NCBI GenBank assembly: GCA_964520905.1 | Contig: CAZFQL010000011.1 | Span: forward strand, 9,986-41,985 | Direction: 5' to 3' | DNA from: an uncultured Chlorobiaceae bacterium | GTDB lineage: Bacteria; Bacteroidota; Ignavibacteria; UBA10030; SZUA-254 | Length of the DNA stretch: 32,000 bases | In this document: one piece after another, positions 26,071 through 32,000 of the stretch | Layout: every line of letters begins with the position of its first letter | Position numbering within the stretch: the first letter of the stretch is position 1 | Translations under genes and position numbers: made by a program | Notes under the pieces: model-generated | Told to the model about the DNA's origin: nothing | The model's input: only the letters and a program-made list of their open reading frames with translations | Databases searched by the model: none

Positions 26071-26934
26071 TCAACGAAGCAGTAGCATCTTATTTATAGC
26101 TTTGAATTTACCGGATTGCAACGAATAGAAATAGACTCCGCTTGCTAAGTTATTTGCATCGAATGGAACGGAATGTTCTCCAGCACTCAATAGTTGGTTG
26201 TCAAAGAGTGTTGCGACAACATTGCCAAGCACGTTGTAAACCTTCAACGTTACATTCTCAGTCAACGGGATGTTGAAGCGGATCTCGGTAGAGGGGTTAA
26301 ACGGGTTTGGATAGTTTTGCTCCAAATTAAATTGTGCAGGTGTCGCTACTACTGGATGAATTCCCGTGACCGCAGGTGGCGTACCTACAAATGCAATTGC
26401 GGCATAAACTTGTGATGTCTTCACAGTTGCAGTTGTGCCGTCAAATGAAACGTTTGTTAAACTTACCCACTGTGTACCGTTCCAACCGCGGACACCGGTT
26501 GGATTCCATCCGCGATGGAGTGAATCTGTATAAAGACTATCCCAGCGCAACTGACACTGTAGACCTGTCATAAACTGCATCATATGATTTCCGCTCATCA
26601 TGGAATCGTCCATCATATCAAAATGGGTGCTATCCCGTCCAATTTCAATTCTATGCCAACCGATAAATGTTGAATCGTGTGGATGGTCCAAACTATCAAG
26701 ATGCATTCGATCGATACGACAGTATATTGAATCGGGGAACATCATTCCCATCATAGAACCGGGAGGAAACATTGCAAAGGTGAGCGAGTCGTTCCAGCAT
26801 CGGGCAATCGTTGTGTCGGTTGCATTCCTATGAACCCAGTTATTATAATGATGCTGGGAGAACATCTGTGTTGTTCCAACTAATAAAAATGTAGAAAAGA
26901 ACAACAGAATAGAAAACTGTGATTTGTTTTTCAT
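26071..26934 (-). CDS. secreted Met/His-rich protein with T9SS C-terminal sorting domain
   Basis: Signal peptide. The C-terminal ~80 aa, NYPNPFNPSTEIRF...LKVYNVLGNVV...SGVYFYSL...KMLLLR, is a type A Por/T9SS sorting domain. The N-terminal half carries the clusters GSMMGMMFPD, DHPHD and HFDMMDDSMMSGNHMMQFM. Confidence 0.75.
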   Translation of the reverse strand: MKNKSQFSILLFFSTFLLVGTTQMFSQHHYNNWVHRNATDTTIARCWNDSLTFAMFPPGSMMGMMFPDSIYCRIDRMHLDSLDHPHDSTFIGWHRIEIGRDSTHFDMMDDSMMSGNHMMQFMTGLQCQLRWDSLYTDSLHRGWNPTGVRGWNGTQWVSLTNVSFDGTTATVKTSQVYAAIAFVGTPPAVTGIHPVVATPAQFNLEQNYPNPFNPSTEIRFNIPLTENVTLKVYNVLGNVVATLFDNQLLSAGEHSVPFDANNLASGVYFYSLQSGKFKAINKMLLLR

Positions 26935-27072
26935 AAAAAGTATTTCCTTGTTTATTGGTGAATCATTCGTAAAGTGTAATTATTAAAATCAAATATTTTA
27001 TCGAAGCCGTTTGTTGCCCGACTTTCTAAATAGTACGTCTTAAACGAATCAGAATCCGTTTATCAAGCAGGA

Positions 27073-27480
27073 TTAAATCAGAAGTGAAGATGTGAAGATT
27101 GGTATATCTTCGAAGAGAGGGGGTGAGTAGGTAGTAGTAAAATATATATTTGAGCGATATTTGAAATCAATACTCGGAGAAGTATGGAGTATCGGAGTAA
27201 TGGAGTATTGAAATTTTGTTATATCATTCTTTTGTGATTCTAAAAACTCGGTCTTGTTGCGATCTACACCAAGGATTGTTTTACAGCAAGAAGATTCCGT
27301 TTTAGAAATTTGAATATTGCCGGTGCCCATTTTTTCAATATCGCACAAACCACAAGAATTTCTCGAAACTGTTTCCATCATCTTGCAATAATGAAAAACA
27401 ACCGGCAACCCGATGTTGAAAACCGAAAAGATTCCAGCAAGGAGTAGAGCGACCGAGCGATATTTAAATGAGCTTACCAT
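27073..27480 (-). CDS. small membrane-anchored Cys-rich protein (HYC...CC...PP motif type)
   Basis: N-terminal TM anchor followed by FHYCKMM, CGLCD, SCCK and YSPPLF. It resembles the family named for HYC/CC/PP motifs, from memory. Confidence 0.5.
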   Translation of the reverse strand: MVSSFKYRSVALLLAGIFSVFNIGLPVVFHYCKMMETVSRNSCGLCDIEKMGTGNIQISKTESSCCKTILGVDRNKTEFLESQKNDITKFQYSITPILHTSPSIDFKYRSNIYFTTTYSPPLFEDIPIFTSSLLI

Positions 27481-27649
27481 GTTATTTATTATAACACTAT
27501 TATTATAGGTTTAATTCCTTGATAAGATACATTGATTTTGAATAACGTTAAAATGCGAGGATCGCATAACTAAAAAATAATTCATGATATACTTGTTTCC
27601 ACACAATTTTTAATATTTCTTTTCTTGTCGATTCCATTTATTCCATCGA

Positions 27650-28957
27650 CTATTTCTTTCTCATCAATCCCTCAATATCTTCAATTTCCTTGGGCACATC
27701 CTTCGTTAACACTTCACAATCTGATCCGGTCACAAGCACATCATCCTCAATCCTTATCCCGAAGCCGCGGAAATCTACCGCAATACTATCGGCATCAGCA
27801 GGGATATAAATCCCCGGCTCAACAGTCATTACCATCCCGGCACGAAGTGTATCGCTTGCCCATATGTCATGGACATCAATGCCTACAGGATGTGTAACCC
27901 CGTGGCGGATAAATTTTCCATAACCTGCCTGTGTGATTACTTCTTTTGCTTTCGCATCCATATCTTTCATCGTAATACCGGGTTTGACGATTTTGATAAT
28001 TTCTTCCTGAGCGCGTAAAACTATGTTGTAAACTTCTGCCTGAGCTTTGGTGAATTTCCCGGATACCGGTATCGTTCTTGTGATATCGCAAGCGTAGCCG
28101 CCATATTCTGCGCCAACATCCATAACAACAAGATCGCCGGCTTGCATTTGTCTGCGGTTGTCATCATAGTGAAGAATAAGTGAATTCTCGCCCGATCCGA
28201 CTATCGGTGTCCAGCTTGGATCGTCAGCACCTCCGCGTGTCATCTCATATTCGATGTCGGCTTGAAGCTCGTATTCCCACTTCCCGGGTTGACAATCTAT
28301 CATCGCGCGTTTTAAACCATTCCAAGTCAGCTCGATAGACTTTCGCATGAGCCGCAACTCGGCTTCAGATTTTATTTCTCTAAATTTACCAAACAACGGC
28401 AGCGCGTTCTTAACTTTCAATCCGGGAAATTGCTGCTCAAGCTCTTTCTTCGCATTTTTATCGAGGAAGATTTTCTTATCGTTGAGCCAGTCGTTCACGA
28501 AAGGCAAGTCAGGCGCAGAGATGTAAAGTGTTTTTGCATCTTTTACTATTAACTTGAACGTCTCTTGAAATCGATTTACATTCAGAAGGGTTTCAGTTGG
28601 CTTGACTTGAGTGTTCGTGCTTTCTTCCTTGCTGGAACTGAAAAGAATGCTATTCACAGTTTTGTTATCAACCGCAATTTCGCGTGAAGAAAAAATAAGA
28701 TAACTGTTACGAGATTTCCATCCTGTGAGATAAAGAAAATTGCTCTCCTGCCTGTAACGGTACTCGACATCGTTCGATCTCATTTTGAAATCGCCCGATC
28801 TCATTACCACAACAGCGCTTGAATCAAGCGATGTGAGTAATTGCTGCCGCCGACCGGCATACTCATCCTGAGAAATGCCAAGAATATTTTCCTGGCAAAA
28901 TCCGATCTCAAAAAATACCGAGAGGAAAACGAATATGAAAATTAACCGATGCCGCAT
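27650..28957 (-). CDS. pepP: Xaa-Pro aminopeptidase (M24B)
   Basis: Signal peptide and creatinase-like N-domain. The M24 metal ligand contexts DLVVMDVGAEYGGYACDITRT, HGVTHPVGIDVH, VEPGIY and IRIEDDV are present. Confidence 0.9.
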   Translation of the reverse strand: MRHRLIFIFVFLSVFFEIGFCQENILGISQDEYAGRRQQLLTSLDSSAVVVMRSGDFKMRSNDVEYRYRQESNFLYLTGWKSRNSYLIFSSREIAVDNKTVNSILFSSSKEESTNTQVKPTETLLNVNRFQETFKLIVKDAKTLYISAPDLPFVNDWLNDKKIFLDKNAKKELEQQFPGLKVKNALPLFGKFREIKSEAELRLMRKSIELTWNGLKRAMIDCQPGKWEYELQADIEYEMTRGGADDPSWTPIVGSGENSLILHYDDNRRQMQAGDLVVMDVGAEYGGYACDITRTIPVSGKFTKAQAEVYNIVLRAQEEIIKIVKPGITMKDMDAKAKEVITQAGYGKFIRHGVTHPVGIDVHDIWASDTLRAGMVMTVEPGIYIPADADSIAVDFRGFGIRIEDDVLVTGSDCEVLTKDVPKEIEDIEGLMRKK

Positions 28958-28958
28958 G

Positions 28959-29804
28959 TTACTTTTCTAAAAGTGTTTTTGTTGATTTGCTCGAAATTGA
29001 CATCGGAATTGTCATATTCTGTTGACCGGTGATTGCCATTGTTTGTTCGTTATCGGTTGTCGATTCATCTAACACAATGATACCAAGCTTATGATCAAAG
29101 TACACGGTTCCTTTTACTTTGCCATTCCCTTCAACGAATAATTCCATGCCTTGCATCATCATTTTTCCGGTGTCTGATGATGTACCGGTATAATCGATCT
29201 TTAGACAGTCGTGATTTTGTTTTTTCTCTTTGCCGCTCAAAGTGTATTCAATATTTGATGTGTGAAAAATCTTCCCACCCATCGACTCAATCGTATCAAT
29301 AGTGGTTGAATTCCATTTTTCTCCGACTTTCACTTCCTTTTCAGGCAATTTTGTTAACTGAGCCATCCCACGCTGTGAACCGCCGCCCATCATTCCTTCG
29401 TTTTTTATTGTGTCGATTACCTCGCGTGAAAGAACGACTCCAATTTTAGAGACTGTAATCTTTGTCCGCTTGCCGATGATGTTATTGAGAATCATTGTCG
29501 TATCCATCATCGGACTTTTAGTTGTATTCTTCGCCGAATCGACACTTACGATCAGGGCAATATTTCCTTCCTTTGAAAGATCATCAACGGCGACACGGAT
29601 AGTCATATCGCTCGCATTTGTCATCTTCATTTCTTTGCCCATCATTTCTTGTGTGATGTTGCTGTTTGAGATGTGACTGAATCGGTATGTCTTTCCTTTA
29701 TGGAATTTGTACTCAAGTTTGTAGCTCTCTTGTGCAAAGATAATGGATACCGAAAGCAATATCGCAATCGCTATGAGTGATAGATGTGAATAGAATTTGT
29801 TCAT
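28959..29804 (-). CDS. hypothetical secreted protein (Met-rich patches)
   Basis: Signal peptide. It ends 2 nt upstream of the pepP start. Repeated Met clusters (EMMGKEMKM, PMMDTTM, GMMGGG, KMMMQGM). I do not recognise the family with confidence. Confidence 0.6.
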   Translation of the reverse strand: MNKFYSHLSLIAIAILLSVSIIFAQESYKLEYKFHKGKTYRFSHISNSNITQEMMGKEMKMTNASDMTIRVAVDDLSKEGNIALIVSVDSAKNTTKSPMMDTTMILNNIIGKRTKITVSKIGVVLSREVIDTIKNEGMMGGGSQRGMAQLTKLPEKEVKVGEKWNSTTIDTIESMGGKIFHTSNIEYTLSGKEKKQNHDCLKIDYTGTSSDTGKMMMQGMELFVEGNGKVKGTVYFDHKLGIIVLDESTTDNEQTMAITGQQNMTIPMSISSKSTKTLLEK

Positions 29805-29886
29805 AATAGCTCCTTGATTATTGAATATTATAAATTTATTTTTTGTTTTTCATTTTATTTTATATTTCATGCGAAGACGCCAAGAA

Positions 29887-29908
29887 CGCAAAGAAAAACT
29901 TCTTTGCG
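29887..29908 (-). terminator. hairpin downstream of the M28 peptidase gene
   Basis: Perfect 9-bp stem cgcaaagaa/ttctttgcg with loop aaac, about 30 nt after the stop codon. The T-tract is weak. It belongs to a 'gcaaag' repeat type also seen near 31615-31680. Confidence 0.4.
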
Positions 29909-29938
29909 GCTTTGCGAGAAACTTTTTAGTTAACCCAG

Positions 29939-31531
29939 TTAAAACAAAGTTGTTGAATCTACTAATCGATATTTTCTGTCTTCATTTACGATCCGCCATG
30001 CAGTTCGAAATACAAGCCGCGCCGTCTTCGCTGCTTTGATTGTATTTATTTTCTCCGGTCCATCTGTTACATGGTGAACATCCGAATGCATTCCGGAAAA
30101 ATAAAAAAGGAACGGAATCTTCTTTTTCTGGAAACTCATATGGTCGCTTCCACCCAGTAATTTTTCCTCATCAACAAGTGTGAATCCGATTTCTTTATTT
30201 TCTTCTTCATTGATTTGGGCAAGGTCAGGGCAAGCCGCCTCGCTTACCATGTACAATGAATCGATGCTGTTTCGTCCAACCATATCGATGTTAAGCATCG
30301 CGATTGTATTATCAAGAGGGAAGAGTGGTTTATTCACGTACGAACGTGAACCCATCAATCCCTTTTCTTCACCGGCGAATGTCATAAATAGAACACTCCT
30401 TTTTGGTTTTTGACCCATAGCACCAAATGCCTGAGCTACAGCGATGACCGCACTTGTGCCGGACGCGTTATCATCCGCACCGTTGAATATGTAATCAACA
30501 GTGTCGGCGTGCTGCTTCATGTAACCCACATGATCGTAATGGCCGCCGATTATCAGAACTTCGTCTTTCAGTTTGGGATCGCTGCCTTCGATGTAACCTA
30601 CCACGTTTTGTGTCGACATGTCTTTTATTGATGTAGACGTCTTCAGTGAAACGGATATATTTGGGATCTGAAACGATTGCGGCGCTACCGTGCTATCGAT
30701 TTTACTTTGAAGTTTCCTTAGTTCATCTACACTCCCGAAAAGTTGAGTGATGACTTCTTCCCCTACTTGTACGATCGGAATTTTTCTTTCTTCATCAGCC
30801 GTTAATGAAATAGGAAGAGCGTCTTTAGGCAGTGTTTTAGAAAGAGAGGGCCAGGGGAATCCGCGCGGTACCAGCGAGGTGTGGTTAAGCGGATCTGTCG
30901 CTATTAATATTCCAATCGCTCCATGCTCAATTGCGATCCGGACTTTTTCTGAAACATTCGAATAATCGGTTTCTTTTGCGCCCTCGAAACTTGAACTTGA
31001 ATCGTTTTCACCCGGTTCATGCTTGAGCACGAAGACAATTTTCCCTTTAACGTCGATGTCTTTATAATCGTCATACTTATAATCAGGCGCAGTAATTCCG
31101 TAACCCGCGAAAACGATCGGAGCGTTTACCTGTTTGTTGCCCGTCATATCGAATGGAGTGAACTCCGTTTTTATTTTGTACGATTGCTCGTTTCCATCCT
31201 TAACGATCTTCAAATAATTATCGTCACCCAAACTGATAATGCCAAGACCTACTTTCTGAAAGTAACTTCCGTTTACCGTCTGCAAGCCGGATGATTTAAA
31301 AACACCTGCAATATAATTTGCCGCTGAATCAAGCTCAGGACTTGGTGTGTTGCGTCCTTTCATTGAATCGGAAGCGAGCATGAAGATATGTTGTTTCATC
31401 AGTTCAGGTGTGATGATTTTATCTGCAACTGAATTCGAACTTTTAAATCCAAGATGAGCACAACCTACAACATACAAGGCAATGGAAATTAGAAAAAGAA
31501 TTTGAATTATATGTTTCTTGATATTTGGCAT
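29939..31531 (-). CDS. M28-family metallopeptidase with PA domain
   Basis: Signal or lipoprotein-like N-terminus (VVGCAH), a PA-domain insert, and the M28 zinc ligand contexts GGHYDHVG, GADDNASGTS, FAGEEKGLMGS and GGSDH. Confidence 0.88.
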   Translation of the reverse strand: MPNIKKHIIQILFLISIALYVVGCAHLGFKSSNSVADKIITPELMKQHIFMLASDSMKGRNTPSPELDSAANYIAGVFKSSGLQTVNGSYFQKVGLGIISLGDDNYLKIVKDGNEQSYKIKTEFTPFDMTGNKQVNAPIVFAGYGITAPDYKYDDYKDIDVKGKIVFVLKHEPGENDSSSSFEGAKETDYSNVSEKVRIAIEHGAIGILIATDPLNHTSLVPRGFPWPSLSKTLPKDALPISLTADEERKIPIVQVGEEVITQLFGSVDELRKLQSKIDSTVAPQSFQIPNISVSLKTSTSIKDMSTQNVVGYIEGSDPKLKDEVLIIGGHYDHVGYMKQHADTVDYIFNGADDNASGTSAVIAVAQAFGAMGQKPKRSVLFMTFAGEEKGLMGSRSYVNKPLFPLDNTIAMLNIDMVGRNSIDSLYMVSEAACPDLAQINEEENKEIGFTLVDEEKLLGGSDHMSFQKKKIPFLFYFSGMHSDVHHVTDGPEKINTIKAAKTARLVFRTAWRIVNEDRKYRLVDSTTLF

Positions 31532-32000
31532 GGTTTTGAGGGTATTTTAATTTTTGTATGGGGAAAATATATCGTAAATACGAAGGAATGTCAAATGATG
31601 TTTCAACAGCTTAACCGCAAAGTTCGCGAAGTAAACGCGAAGAGCAGTGAAATTAATTCTTTGCGCCCTTCGCCTGTTGCATGTTTTAGAAAATCATTCT
31701 AATGATAACTTGCACCGGGCATAAAGATTTTCTGCTTCAGGTAATCGCCGATCTCCGGTTTACCGGCAAACGAAATTGCGGCAAACACATTTTGTGTTCC
31801 TATGTTTTTTCAGGACGACATCTACGTTGTTCAATACTCACTCACCGCGGTTCGATCTTCTTACAATTCTTCTTTCGCGTTCAGATATGTTAGAATTGCT
31901 CCCGATGCCATTTTCTTTTTCCATCTTTGCTCTTGCGTATAGGCTAACTTGTTCCATGTAATAGTTTTTCAAGGAGAGAAGAGAGGGAAATTAAGGAAAT

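Noticed and set aside
31532-32000. Possible gene or riboswitch upstream of the M28 peptidase
   Set aside because: Only short broken frames exist (a 39-aa minus-strand ORF from 31961, and plus-strand ORFs with implausible composition). No riboswitch consensus that I recognise is present, and nothing enters from the right edge in an open frame.

Overview
The window looks like chromosomal DNA from an FCB-group bacterium, probably Ignavibacteria or Bacteroidota-like. That placement is an inference from a T9SS C-terminal sorting domain, a four-helix-bundle ('23S IVS') gene and the palindromic repeat types. The left third is housekeeping: a 5'-truncated outer-membrane barrel gene, clpX-clpP-tig, four tRNAs (Leu, Arg, His, Glu), a CheY-like receiver, and a nucleotidyltransferase-metK-(four-helix-bundle insert)-ahcY methyl-cycle cluster. 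The right half covers stress, metal and proteolysis functions. It holds an arsR-sqr-like-tlpA-monoheme cytochrome operon and a czcCBA-type RND efflux operon with a trailing P-II paralogue. It also holds Cys/His-rich and Met/His-rich small or secreted proteins, pepP, and an M28 peptidase. Between these lies a mosaic block (about 10.7-16.5 kb). It starts at a roughly 100-nt remnant of a second pepP-like gene, then carries a His-rich CDF transporter and two same-strand genes that are the most interesting content. The first is a TIR-domain protein fused to about 540 aa of TPR-like repeats (13908-15944). The second is an OLD-family ABC-ATPase/Toprim nuclease with intact motifs (11842-13707). Each of the two genes is preceded by a copy of the same 64-bp leader. 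Long imperfect palindromes with an attC-like layout flank the TIR gene. No helicase, reverse transcriptase, ThsA-like, Argonaute or integrase gene is present, so the pair matches no named defence system I know. I propose it as a candidate novel TIR-TPR + OLD defence module, possibly cassette-borne. All calls come from reading the ORF translations and the DNA by eye; no searches were run.
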